A DNA stretch of 48,435 nt from Myxococcota bacterium (GTDB lineage Bacteria; Myxococcota_A; UBA9160; UBA4427), in NCBI GenBank assembly GCA_036336835.1, contig JAYZFK010000049.1, forward strand, positions 1 through 48,435, in the 5' to 3' direction. A program made the position numbers and the translations under genes. Shown here in pieces: positions 9,807 to 18,743 of this stretch. The notes below the pieces were generated by a model. That model was not told the origin of the DNA and did not search any database. It worked only from the letters and a program-made list of their open reading frames with translations. How positions within the stretch are numbered: the stretch's first letter is position 1; every line of letters begins with the position of its first letter.

Positions 9807-9975
9807 GGGTTTCTCCCGTGTGTCTGGCGGATGGAACGGGCTCGCACGTGGCCGACCGGCTGCTGCGGTCGCTCGCGATCGACGTCTGGCCCGGGACATT
9901 GTCCCCGCTTTCCAGACTGGAATACAAGAACTCTGACGCCTGGCTCGTGGCCGCCTCGGGCTGCCTCCGACCGCC

Positions 9976-10830
9976 TCAGAGGTCCAGGTCGTCGCGCAGG
10001 GTCGTCGCGGGCTTTGGCACTCCGGTCTCCATGTCGGAGACTCGCTGGTGCACGTAGTCCAGGTTGTCCGGGTTCGTGAACAGATAGAAGCGGCCGCCCT
10101 CCATGCCGCGGAAGGCAAGCTCTGCTGCCTCGGCGGGCTGGAGCCCCGGGGCCGCGCCGAGCTTCTTCTCCGCCGCCTCCTCGTCGGCAGTCCGGGGCTT
10201 CTCGTCGCGCAGCGAGGCGGGGCGATTGCGGTCAGCCGTGCGCAGGCCGGTCTTCACGACGTCGGGGCAGAAGACCGAGACGCCGACCGGGGCGTTCGCA
10301 AGCCGGAGGTCGTGGTAGAGGGACTCGGAGAGCGAGAGCACGCCGTGCTTCGTCACCTTGTAGACCGCCAGGCCGGGCCCCGCGATCACGCCCGCCGCCG
10401 ACGAGGTGTTGAGGATGTGCGAGTCGATGTCCTGCTGCATCATCCTCGGCAGGAAGGCCCGCACCCCGTGGATGGCGCCCCACAGGTTGACCCCCATCAG
10501 CCATTCCCAGTCCCCGAGCGAATAGCGCCAGACTGGGCGGGTGACCGCCACCTGCACGCCGGCGTTGTTGCACAGCAGGCCCACCGATCCGAATGCGTCG
10601 AAGGCCCGGTCGGCCAGCGCCTCCACCTGCTCGGCCTGGCTGACGTCGGTGACCACGGCGAGCGTCTTCACACCGCTGGCTCGGAGCTTGTCCTCGGCGG
10701 CGTGGAGCGCTGTTTCTTCGATGTCTGCCAGCACCAGGCTCATGCCGCGCCGGGCCGCCTGCTCTGCCAGGCCGAGTCCGATTCCACTGGCCGCTCCGGT
10801 GATGACTGCGACCTTGTTCTCGAATTGCAT
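9976..10830 (-). CDS. Short-chain dehydrogenase/reductase
   Basis: MQFENKVAVITGAASGIG after GGAGG. CNNAG, YKVTK (YxxxK). Confidence 0.93.
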   Translation of the reverse strand: MQFENKVAVITGAASGIGLGLAEQAARRGMSLVLADIEETALHAAEDKLRASGVKTLAVVTDVSQAEQVEALADRAFDAFGSVGLLCNNAGVQVAVTRPVWRYSLGDWEWLMGVNLWGAIHGVRAFLPRMMQQDIDSHILNTSSAAGVIAGPGLAVYKVTKHGVLSLSESLYHDLRLANAPVGVSVFCPDVVKTGLRTADRNRPASLRDEKPRTADEEAAEKKLGAAPGLQPAEAAELAFRGMEGGRFYLFTNPDNLDYVHQRVSDMETGVPKPATTLRDDLDL

Positions 10831-10864
10831 TCGACCTCCGCAGATGGGTGATGCCCCATCGTTT

Positions 10865-11038
10865 CTAGTGGACGCGAGGCCGGCGTTCAGCCGGCTTTGC
10901 CCTCGAGGGCTGCGAGCTCGACCTCGACCAGGCCGCACCGACGTCGCCGTAGCGCTCGAAGTTGGCGGCAAAGGCCTCGCGTACCGGTTCGAAGCCGAGC
11001 TCGGTCGCGCCGCGGATCTCGACGCTGCGTTGGCTCAC
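10865..11038 (-). pseudogene. Truncated remnant of a beta-lactamase-family serine hydrolase
   Basis: GGGAGG RBS then GTG. Translation VSQRSVEIRGATELGFEPVREAFAANFERYGDVGAA matches the family N-terminus (F..VR.AF..NF....GAA). Similarity then stops and the frame ends at 57 aa with no SxxK. Confidence 0.7.
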
Positions 11039-11062
11039 GTTGTCCTCCCGGCTCGGTGCATC

Positions 11063-12175
11063 CTATCCCCTCGAGTGGCTCGTTGGGTCATCGTGCGCCG
11101 GCAGCCGCGCCGGATCGAAGTCAGCCAGGTCGACCGTCTGCGCGGCCCCGTCGAGCACCAGCTCGGTCATCGCTTCACCCGTGGCCGGCGCGTTGAGCAT
11201 GCCCCAGGAGCCGTGGCCCGTGGCGACATAGGCCCCCTCGATTCCGGGGACGGGTCCGATCAGCGGCAGGCCGTCCTGGGTCACCGGGCGGTAGCAGGCG
11301 CCCGTGGCCACCACATCCGCCGCCGCGAGCTCCGACGAGAAGCAGGCCGTCATGGCGCGCAGCCGCTCGGAGGCTTCGGGCGTGGTGGCGACCCGTGCCG
11401 GGTCCGCCGGCAGTGGCGCGTGCTCCGGCAGGCCGCAGACGTAGGTCGTGCCGTCGGGCCGTGGAATGACTTCCGGGGAGGCTTGCTCGCCGTTCGCCGT
11501 CTCGAGCTCGACGAACAGGGCCTGCGGCTCGCGGGGCGGCGTGTAACGCAAGACGAGGCTGTGTCCCTTGAGCCCGACCACCGCCGGCAGTGGTCCCCAC
11601 TGGCAGGCGCGCACCGACCACGGTCCCATCGCGAGCACGACGGCATCGGCCGAGAGCTCGCGGCCGTCGACCGTCACCCCCGCGACCACTCCGTCGCGCG
11701 CGCCGACGAGGCCGGTGACCTCGCCCGAGACGAGCTGTGCGCCACGTGCCACGGCCGCCGCCAGCATCGCGCGCGTGAACCTCGCGGGGTCGACCTGTGC
11801 GGTCGTCTCGACGCTGCCGATCTTGCCGTGCACCACGGCATCGGGGTCGAGCCAGTCGGGTGAGTCGAGCTGCCGGTAGGGCCCGAGGTCGCGCCGCGCG
11901 CTCGCGAGTACGCCCAGGGTGTCGAGTCGCCGGTAGCCCCAGGCGGCGCCGTCCAGCTGCGCGGCCAGCTCCTCGTGCAACGCGAAGCTGCGTCGCGCCA
12001 GCTGCGAGACCGGCGAGCCGTCGCACCAGTCGAGCGCCAGAAAGCCGCCCGATCCCCCCGAGGCCGCACAGGCAATCTCGCAGCGCTCGATTACGACGGC
12101 CTCCACCCCGCGCCGCGCGAGGAAGTACGCCAGCGTCGTGCCGATCACCCCGCCGCCGCAGATCAAGACGCGCAT
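11063..12175 (-). CDS. FAD-dependent oxidoreductase, DAO/glycine-oxidase superfamily (Tda3-like)
   Basis: MRVLICGGGVIG Rossmann motif, AASGGSGGFLALDWCD, ACYRP, ATGHGSWGMLNAPATG. Confidence 0.88.
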   Translation of the reverse strand: MRVLICGGGVIGTTLAYFLARRGVEAVVIERCEIACAASGGSGGFLALDWCDGSPVSQLARRSFALHEELAAQLDGAAWGYRRLDTLGVLASARRDLGPYRQLDSPDWLDPDAVVHGKIGSVETTAQVDPARFTRAMLAAAVARGAQLVSGEVTGLVGARDGVVAGVTVDGRELSADAVVLAMGPWSVRACQWGPLPAVVGLKGHSLVLRYTPPREPQALFVELETANGEQASPEVIPRPDGTTYVCGLPEHAPLPADPARVATTPEASERLRAMTACFSSELAAADVVATGACYRPVTQDGLPLIGPVPGIEGAYVATGHGSWGMLNAPATGEAMTELVLDGAAQTVDLADFDPARLPAHDDPTSHSRG

Positions 12176-12298
12176 GCAATCTCCAGCTCGCTCCGGCCCG
12201 GTCGGAAGTCGCCAGTCTACCCGCCGCGCGCGCGTAGAATGCTGCGGACAGCGACCCTCACGGGTGCCGCGCGGCGCACTGAGCCAGGAGTGAGAAGC

Positions 12299-12544
12299 AT
12301 GGAGTTTGGAGTCTTCCAGGCTGCATCGGTCGGCCCGAGGCCGTGGGACGAGTCGGAGCCGCGGCGGTTCCGCCAGGACATCGAGATCGGCGTTGCGGCC
12401 GACCGCGCCGGCTTCGACATGCTCGTCTTCGTGCCCGGGGTCGGCTGGGGCAACACCCTCAACGAGGTCTGTCTCGAGTCCGTCGCCTACGCGGGCGAGC
12501 ACGTGCTCCCGCAGTTTCGCAAGGGCGGCGGGCCGCGCGCTTGA
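12299..12544 (+). pseudogene. Internally deleted LLM-class (luciferase-like) flavin monooxygenase, 81 aa
   Basis: AGGAG RBS. N-terminal MEFGVFQ...PRPW...ADRAGFD is joined directly to a C-terminal-type segment MLVF...LESVAYAGEHVLPQFR. The central TIM-barrel region is missing. Confidence 0.7.
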
Positions 12545-12606
12545 TCGGCTCGATCGGCGGCGCGTCGGGGGCGGGGGTCGCGTTGCGCCCCGGCGCTGTC
12601 CAAGCT

Positions 12607-14592
12607 GTGCGGCTGGCTCGGTGGCTCGCGGCAGTGGCGTTCGCGCTGGCGTGTTCGGATGGGCCGAGCCCCCTCGACCTCGCCGGACCGACCGCGGGCT
12701 GGCCGAGCTATGGCGGCGATCCCGGCGGCACGCGCTACTCGCCGCTGACGCAGATCACGCCCGAGAACGTGGCCGAGCTCGAGGTCGCGTGGACGTACCA
12801 CACCCACGACTACCCCGGCGGCCGCCTCGAGGTCGCGAAGACGGCCTTCCAGGCGACGCCCATCCTGGAGGGCGACACCCTCTACTTCTGCTCACCGCTG
12901 AGTCGCGCGTTCGCGATCGACGCGCAGACGGGCGCGGAGCGCTGGATCTTCGACGCCGAGCCGAGCTTCGAGGGCTGGACCAACACCTGCCGGGGCGTGG
13001 CGCTGTGGCGCGGGCCGAGCGACGAGGCGGGAGCGTGCAACGGGCGCATCTTCATGGGCACCACCGACGGCCGGCTCGTCTCCGTGGACGCCGACAGCGG
13101 GCGCGCCTGCACGGACTTCGGCGACGCGGGCGAGATCGATCTGCGAGACGGGCTCGGCGAGCTGCGCAGCGGCGAGATGTACATGACGTCGCCCCCGACC
13201 GTCGTCGGCGATGTCGTCGTCACGGGCTCACTGATCGGGGACAACCGTCGCGTCGATCCGCCCGGCGGTGTCGTGCGCGCCTTCGACGTCCGCAGCGGCG
13301 CGCTGCGCTGGGCCTTCGACCCCGTGCCGCCCGGAACCCCGCCTCTGCCGCCCGGCGACGACGGCAAGCCCCGCTTCTACCGCGGGACGCCGAACGCTTG
13401 GTCGATTCTCTCGGCCGATCCGGCGCGCAATCTCGTCTTCGTGCCCTTCGGCAACCCGAGCCCCGATTTCTTCGGTGGGCACCGTCGGGGCTTCGACTAC
13501 TACGGCAGCGCCGTCGTCGCGTTGGACGCAAGGAGCGGAGAGCCCGTCTGGCGCTTCCAGACGGTCCATCACGATCTCTGGGACTACGACGTGGCGTCGC
13601 AGCCCGTGCTGATCGACGTCGAGAAGGACGGCCGCACGATTCCGGCGGTCGCGCAGGCGACCAAGCTGGGGCATCTGTTCCTGCTCGACCGCGAGAGCGG
13701 CGCGCCGATCCATCCCGTCGAGGAGCGACCCGTCCCGCAAACCGACGTGCCGGGCGAGTTCAGCTCGCCGACCCAGCCGTTTCCGACCTTCCCACCGCCG
13801 CTCCATCCCCACCACCTGAACCCGGAGGATGCGTTCGGCTACACCCCGTACGATCGCGCGGCCTGCCGCGACCGGATTGCGTCGCTGCGCAACGAGGGGG
13901 TGTTCACACCGCCGAGCCTTGGCGGGAGCGTCCAGTACCCGGGTGTGGCGGGCGGTGCCAACTGGGGAAGCCTGGCGTTCGATCCGACGCGGCGGCTGGT
14001 CGTGCTGACCCAGAACCACATCGCGCAGGAGCAGACACTGATCCGGCGCGAAGACCTGCCGGCCGGGCCGCGTCCGAGGGGAGTCAGCCCGCAGGAAGGC
14101 ACGCCGTACGCCGTCCGGCACCGGGTGCTGGTGTCCCCCTTTGGGGTTCCGTGCGTCCCTCCGCCGTGGGGAACGTTGATGGCCGTCAGCCTCGACACGG
14201 GCGAGAAGCTCTGGGAGCGGCCCTTCGGCACCACGCGCGACATGGTCCCCTTCCTGCCGGTCGGCTTCGACTACGGGATGCCTAGCATGGGCGGCCCGAT
14301 CGTCACGGCGAGCGGGGTCGTCTTCATCGGTGCGAGCATGGACGACTATCTGCGCGCCTACCACGTCGAGACGGGCGAAGAGCTGTGGCGGGCAAGGCTT
14401 CCAGCGGGCGGTCAGGCGACACCGATGACCTACCGCATCGACGCCGACTCCCGTCAGTACGTCGTCATCGCGGCCGGGGGGCACGGCAATCTGGGTACGA
14501 CTCTCGGCGACAGCCTGATTGCGTTCGCGCTGCCGGGAGCCGCGCCCGGCGGGGCGGAGTCAGGCGGGGCGGAGTCGGGCAGGGGGCCGTGA
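12607..14592 (+). CDS. PQQ-dependent dehydrogenase (glucose/quinate dehydrogenase-like), probable lipoprotein
   Basis: WPSYGGD...RYSPLTQITPENV, QATP, CRGV, FQTVHHDLWDYD, GGANWG, GGQATPMTY. Lipobox-like FALAC. Start uncertain (TTG 12541 or GTG 12607). Confidence 0.9.
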   Translation: MRLARWLAAVAFALACSDGPSPLDLAGPTAGWPSYGGDPGGTRYSPLTQITPENVAELEVAWTYHTHDYPGGRLEVAKTAFQATPILEGDTLYFCSPLSRAFAIDAQTGAERWIFDAEPSFEGWTNTCRGVALWRGPSDEAGACNGRIFMGTTDGRLVSVDADSGRACTDFGDAGEIDLRDGLGELRSGEMYMTSPPTVVGDVVVTGSLIGDNRRVDPPGGVVRAFDVRSGALRWAFDPVPPGTPPLPPGDDGKPRFYRGTPNAWSILSADPARNLVFVPFGNPSPDFFGGHRRGFDYYGSAVVALDARSGEPVWRFQTVHHDLWDYDVASQPVLIDVEKDGRTIPAVAQATKLGHLFLLDRESGAPIHPVEERPVPQTDVPGEFSSPTQPFPTFPPPLHPHHLNPEDAFGYTPYDRAACRDRIASLRNEGVFTPPSLGGSVQYPGVAGGANWGSLAFDPTRRLVVLTQNHIAQEQTLIRREDLPAGPRPRGVSPQEGTPYAVRHRVLVSPFGVPCVPPPWGTLMAVSLDTGEKLWERPFGTTRDMVPFLPVGFDYGMPSMGGPIVTASGVVFIGASMDDYLRAYHVETGEELWRARLPAGGQATPMTYRIDADSRQYVVIAAGGHGNLGTTLGDSLIAFALPGAAPGGAESGGAESGRGP

Positions 14593-14692
14593 TGCGGCAT
14601 CGCCTGGCTCGGCTCGAATGATCGCGACCCCGGACCCGCGGGCTGCGTCCGGGCCGGCTCCACATCGGGCCGAAACCGAGCTCCGACACGGG

Positions 14693-15514
14693 TCAGGCGG
14701 GTTTCCGTCCGATCACCGAGATCGCAATCGGAGACAGGATCGCGAAGTCGGGCTCGCGCGCCTGCGCGATCGCGCGGTCGATCAGTTCGGCGGTGAGCGG
14801 TCCCGATTCTATGAAGCGCTGCCTTGCCCGGTCGAGTCCCGACACGTACCACTCTGCGCTCGGGGTGCCGCCGCGCATGGTCGAGACACTCCCGCTCGCC
14901 TCGCAATCGACCAGGCCGCGCTCCTGGAACCAGTGCAGCAGGCGGCGCCCGCAGGCGCCGTCCCAGCCGCTGGTGTCGCGAGCGTGCTCGAGCGTCGCCC
15001 GCGAGAACGTGCCGAAGGGCTCGGGCAGTGTCTGCTGCAGGTAGGACGTGAAGTCGGAGTCTTCCACCACGAGCCAGCCGCCCGGCTCGAGCGCGGCGAT
15101 CATCGCATCGAGTACCTGCGTGCGTTGGTGGAGGTGCTGGAGCAGCGCGCGAGCGTGGACCAGGTCGTACTCGGCCTCGCCGAGAGAGGCCCGGGTCACG
15201 TCGAGCTGGCGCACCTCTGCGTGGGCAGCGACCTCGACGTGGAAGCGCGTGTCGATGTCGACTGCCAGCACGTAGCCCCGCGGGCCCACCCGCTGGCAGA
15301 GCCACTGGGTGATCGAGCCCGAGCCGGCGCCCACCTCGAGACAGCGCCAGCCGGGCCCGATTCCGGTGCGCTCGAGCGCCCGGTGCGTGGACGGGTCGCG
15401 ATACTGATCGAGGAACCCGAGCCGCTGTCGCTCGCGCTGCAGCTGGTCGGGGTCGTCGGAGATCCGGTACGAGATGCGCTCGTCCCGAGCGGGTTCACCG
15501 GAATCGCTCGGCAT
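14693..15514 (-). CDS. Class I SAM-dependent methyltransferase
   Basis: CLEVGAGSG, LAVDID, YDLVHARALLQH, LEPGGWLVVED. Confidence 0.9.
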   Translation of the reverse strand: MPSDSGEPARDERISYRISDDPDQLQRERQRLGFLDQYRDPSTHRALERTGIGPGWRCLEVGAGSGSITQWLCQRVGPRGYVLAVDIDTRFHVEVAAHAEVRQLDVTRASLGEAEYDLVHARALLQHLHQRTQVLDAMIAALEPGGWLVVEDSDFTSYLQQTLPEPFGTFSRATLEHARDTSGWDGACGRRLLHWFQERGLVDCEASGSVSTMRGGTPSAEWYVSGLDRARQRFIESGPLTAELIDRAIAQAREPDFAILSPIAISVIGRKPA

Positions 15515-15654
15515 GGGTTCCGTATACCACGGCGTGCGGTACGGCGTGTGTCTTGGTTCGTCCGACCGTCGCACCAGAGTCGCGAGCTGGCGGGGACTTG
15601 CGCTGGCTCAGTCATTGAGGGTGCCTTGATGTGAGGGTGATACAGAGTGATGAA

Positions 15655-15806
15655 AGAACCCCATTACCGGCAAGCCGGTAGAGCGGGCGTTCAGGGGCCC
15701 CCTTTTCTTGAGGCGGCGACACGCCAGCAGGGAAGGAACATCTCGAGAGAGGAGGCTGCAAAGTGAGAGGACCGCTGAACGACCCGTGTCCTGGGAAAAG
15801 GATTCC
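15655..15806 (-). ncRNA. Candidate structured non-coding RNA of unrecognised family
   Basis: Lower-GC intergenic island. Nested stems 15655-15662/15799-15806 and 15684-15703/15766-15786, plus hairpin 15665-15680. Five apparent mismatches become G-U pairs on the minus strand, where the hairpin has a G(CUUG)C tetraloop. Confidence 0.5.
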
Positions 15807-15927
15807 GGTCCCCGGCCGATCCTGAGTCGCGGCGAAGCTCTGCGCTCGTTCCAGGCCGAGCTGCGATGCGCACGGCGGATGGCTACGTTGGGATGGCCGC
15901 CCGCGCTTCGGGGTGTCGGGAGATGCC

Positions 15928-16332
15928 ATGGGTCAGAGCCTCGGTCAGTACTGCATCAACGTGAGCGATCTCGACCGAGCGGTCGAGTTCTGGGAGGGGA
16001 TCATCGGCATTCCCGTGCAGAGCCGTACGGAGATTCCGAACGTCAAGGAAGTGGTGCTCCAGGCCGAGATCGGTGGCTCGCGCATCCAGCTCGCTCAGCA
16101 CCTCGATCGCAGCGGCCCGATCGACATGGGCAGTGCGATGTGGAAGATCTACGTCGACACCGACGACTGCCAGGCGCTCTACGACAAGGCCGTTGCCGCC
16201 GGCTGCGAGTCGGTCTCCGCGCCCCAGAAGCTCGATCGCTGGCCGGTCACGGTGGCCTTCATCAAGGATTTCGACGGCTACCTGATCGAGCTGCTGCAGA
16301 ACCACGAGGGCAGGCGACCCTCGCTTCGTTAG
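15928..16332 (+). CDS. VOC/glyoxalase family protein
   Basis: INVSDLDRAVEFW and AFIKDFDGYLIELLQ are typical VOC motifs. GGGAG RBS. Confidence 0.88.
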   Translation: MGQSLGQYCINVSDLDRAVEFWEGIIGIPVQSRTEIPNVKEVVLQAEIGGSRIQLAQHLDRSGPIDMGSAMWKIYVDTDDCQALYDKAVAAGCESVSAPQKLDRWPVTVAFIKDFDGYLIELLQNHEGRRPSLR

Positions 16333-16360
16333 CGCCCGGCACCAGAAGGTCGAGCACCCC

Positions 16361-17407
16361 GTGAGTTTCTCCCGCTTGCCCCGGATTTCTGTGCGCGTCG
16401 GGACCGCACTGGCCCTGCTTGCGGCCATCGGCTGTGCGGTCGCCGCGGGATCGCCGCCGCGCAAAGCCTCCGCGCCCCCGATCGCGGACGTACCGGCGGA
16501 GGCGGGGCCCAACCCTTGGACCCATCTCGCCTTCGCGAACGATCCCGATGCCTTCTCGTTCGCCATCGTTACGGATCTCCAGGGTGGCTACCGGGCGGGT
16601 GTCTTCGAGGCGGCTGTCGAGCGGCTCAACCTGGTGCGGCCCGAGTTCGTGGTGAGCGTGGGCGATCTGATCGCCGGCTACACCGAGGACGTGGACGAGA
16701 TCCACCGGCAGTGGGACGGCTTCGACGGCATGGCGGAAGCCATCGAGGCCCCCTTCTTCTACACGCCCGGCAACCACGACTTCAGCAACCAGGTGATGAA
16801 GCGGGTCTGGCACCAACGCCACGGCCGCGACTACTACCACTTCGTCTACCGGGACGTGCTCTTCCTGGTGCTCAATACCGAGGAGCCGCCGATTCCCAGG
16901 GACCCGGAGAGCGACGCCTTCTTCGCGAAGCTGCGCGAGCTGCGAGAGACCGATCCCGCGGCGCTGGTGGAGCTGCTCACTGCGAACGTGGACCGGACGA
17001 TGCCGGGCATCGGAATCAGCGATGCGCAGGTCGCCCACTTCGAGAAGGTGATCGCCGACAACGCGGACGTGCGCTGGACCTTCCTGCTGATGCACAAGCC
17101 CGCCTTCCAGGGCGACGGCGATCCCCAGTACAAGCGCATCGCGGCCGCCCTGGGCGATCGCCCCTACACCTCCTTCGCCGGACACCTGCACAACTACAAG
17201 CGCTTCGAGGTGGGCCCGCGCGTCCACTATCGCCTGGGAACCACGGGTGGCGAGGTGCTGCCGCTGCCGATGGGCAACCTGGACCACTTCGTCTGGGTCA
17301 CGATGACCGAAGGCGGCCCGACGATTGCCAATCTCGTGCTCGACGGCATCCTCGACGACCGGGGTCCCACCTCTCCGGGCGATCGGCTGTGGAGAGTGCG
17401 CGAGTAG
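16361..17407 (+). CDS. Exported calcineurin-like metallophosphoesterase
   Basis: N-terminal signal/lipoprotein-like stretch (LALLAAIGC). Motifs VTD, VGDLI, PGNHD, MHKP, AGHLH. Confidence 0.85.
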   Translation: MSFSRLPRISVRVGTALALLAAIGCAVAAGSPPRKASAPPIADVPAEAGPNPWTHLAFANDPDAFSFAIVTDLQGGYRAGVFEAAVERLNLVRPEFVVSVGDLIAGYTEDVDEIHRQWDGFDGMAEAIEAPFFYTPGNHDFSNQVMKRVWHQRHGRDYYHFVYRDVLFLVLNTEEPPIPRDPESDAFFAKLRELRETDPAALVELLTANVDRTMPGIGISDAQVAHFEKVIADNADVRWTFLLMHKPAFQGDGDPQYKRIAAALGDRPYTSFAGHLHNYKRFEVGPRVHYRLGTTGGEVLPLPMGNLDHFVWVTMTEGGPTIANLVLDGILDDRGPTSPGDRLWRVRE

Positions 17408-17492
17408 CGGATCGCGAGAAGAGGCCGCGTCGTTCGCCGGGTGACGCCGCACGCGACAGGCGCGAATGCGGCGGGTACTCTGCCGGCCTGCC

Positions 17493-18743
17493 ATGCCCAA
17501 ACGCAAGAAGCCCGGCCCCTACACGGTTCGCCCCGACACGGCGGTGTTGACGCGCGGATTCGATCCGCGGCTGTCGGTGGGATCGGCGCGCCCCGCCGTG
17601 TTTCGCTCCTCGACCTACGTCTTCTCGAGCCCCGAGTCCGCCGAGCGGGCCTTTGCGATCGCTCTCGGGACCCGGGAGCCGGCGGAGGACGAGGATGTCG
17701 ATCTGATCTACTCGCGGATCTCGCACCCCAATGCCGAGATCCTCGAAGACCAGGTCGTCCCCCTCGAGCCGGGCGCGAGAACCGCAGCGGTCTTCAACAG
17801 CGGCATGGCCGCGATTGCGACCGTGCTGCTCGCCCTGTGCCGTCCCGGGAGCAGCGTCCTCTACACCGTCCCGGTCTACGGCGGCACCCACCACCTGCTG
17901 CGCGAGCTGCTCGAGGGCTACGGCGTGCGACCGATTCCCGTTCCGGCTGGCGACAAGCCCGCCATGCTCCGCGCGATCGAGTCGGCGCCAGATCTGCGGG
18001 TGATCTTCATCGAGACGCCCGCCAATCCCACGCTGCGCATGACCGACATTGCCGCAGCCGTCGACGCGGCCGGGGCGTGCGAGCCGCGGCCCGTCGTCGC
18101 AGTCGACAACACCCTGCTCGGTCCCGTCTTCCAGCATCCTCTACGGCTCGGGGCCGATCTCGCGATCTACTCGGCCACCAAGTACCTCGCGGGCTTCAGC
18201 GACATGCTCGGAGGTATCGTGCTCGGGAGCGAGCCCTCGCTGATCGATCGTCTCCGGAGCCACCGCGTGATCCTCGGCAACATCTTGCAGCCCGACGAGT
18301 GCTGGCTGCTCGACAGCCGGCTGCCCACGGTCTCCCTGCGCATGAACAGGCAGAGCAAGAACGCCGAGCGCATCGTGCACGAGCTCGCCGAGCACCCCCA
18401 GGTCGAGCGCATGCACTATCCGACCTGCTTCGACGACCGGGAGCAAGTCGCGATCTACGCATCCCAGTGCGACTATCCGGGCGGCATCTTCTCGATGCGG
18501 CTGCGAGGCGGTCGCCCCGCGGCCTTCGAGTTCCTGCGGCGGCTCCGGATTGCGAAGAACGCGGTCAGTCTCGGAGGCATGGAGTCGCTCGCATGCCACC
18601 CGCGTACCACGACCCACTCCGAGATGTCGCCCGAAGAGCTCGAGCAGGCCGGCATCGGCGAGGGGCTGGTCCGTGTCTCGGTGGGGATCGAGGACTGGCG
18701 CGACCTGGCTCGCGACTTCGGGGATGCGCTCGACGCGCTGTAA
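17493..18743 (+). CDS. PLP-dependent Cys/Met metabolism enzyme (methionine gamma-lyase / cystathionine gamma-synthase family)
   Basis: YSRISHP, SGMAAI, YGGT, ETPANP, VDNT, PLP-lysine motif SATKY, AVSLGGMESL. Confidence 0.9.
   Translation: MPKRKKPGPYTVRPDTAVLTRGFDPRLSVGSARPAVFRSSTYVFSSPESAERAFAIALGTREPAEDEDVDLIYSRISHPNAEILEDQVVPLEPGARTAAVFNSGMAAIATVLLALCRPGSSVLYTVPVYGGTHHLLRELLEGYGVRPIPVPAGDKPAMLRAIESAPDLRVIFIETPANPTLRMTDIAAAVDAAGACEPRPVVAVDNTLLGPVFQHPLRLGADLAIYSATKYLAGFSDMLGGIVLGSEPSLIDRLRSHRVILGNILQPDECWLLDSRLPTVSLRMNRQSKNAERIVHELAEHPQVERMHYPTCFDDREQVAIYASQCDYPGGIFSMRLRGGRPAAFEFLRRLRIAKNAVSLGGMESLACHPRTTTHSEMSPEELEQAGIGEGLVRVSVGIEDWRDLARDFGDALDAL

Noticed and set aside
14548..14580. 15-bp tandem duplication encoding GGAES twice
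   Set aside because: Only two copies in a disordered C-terminal tail. Not CRISPR-like and probably neutral.
15650..15766. 38-aa plus-strand ORF (MKEPHYRQ...) inside the structured element
   Set aside because: Atypical codon usage, no hydrophobic toxin-like helix and no recognisable motif.
15600..15840. Assignment of the structured element to 6S RNA, a SAM riboswitch or a retron msr-msd
   Set aside because: The conserved 6S and SAM-I motifs were not found and there is no reverse transcriptase in the window. It is kept only as an unassigned candidate.
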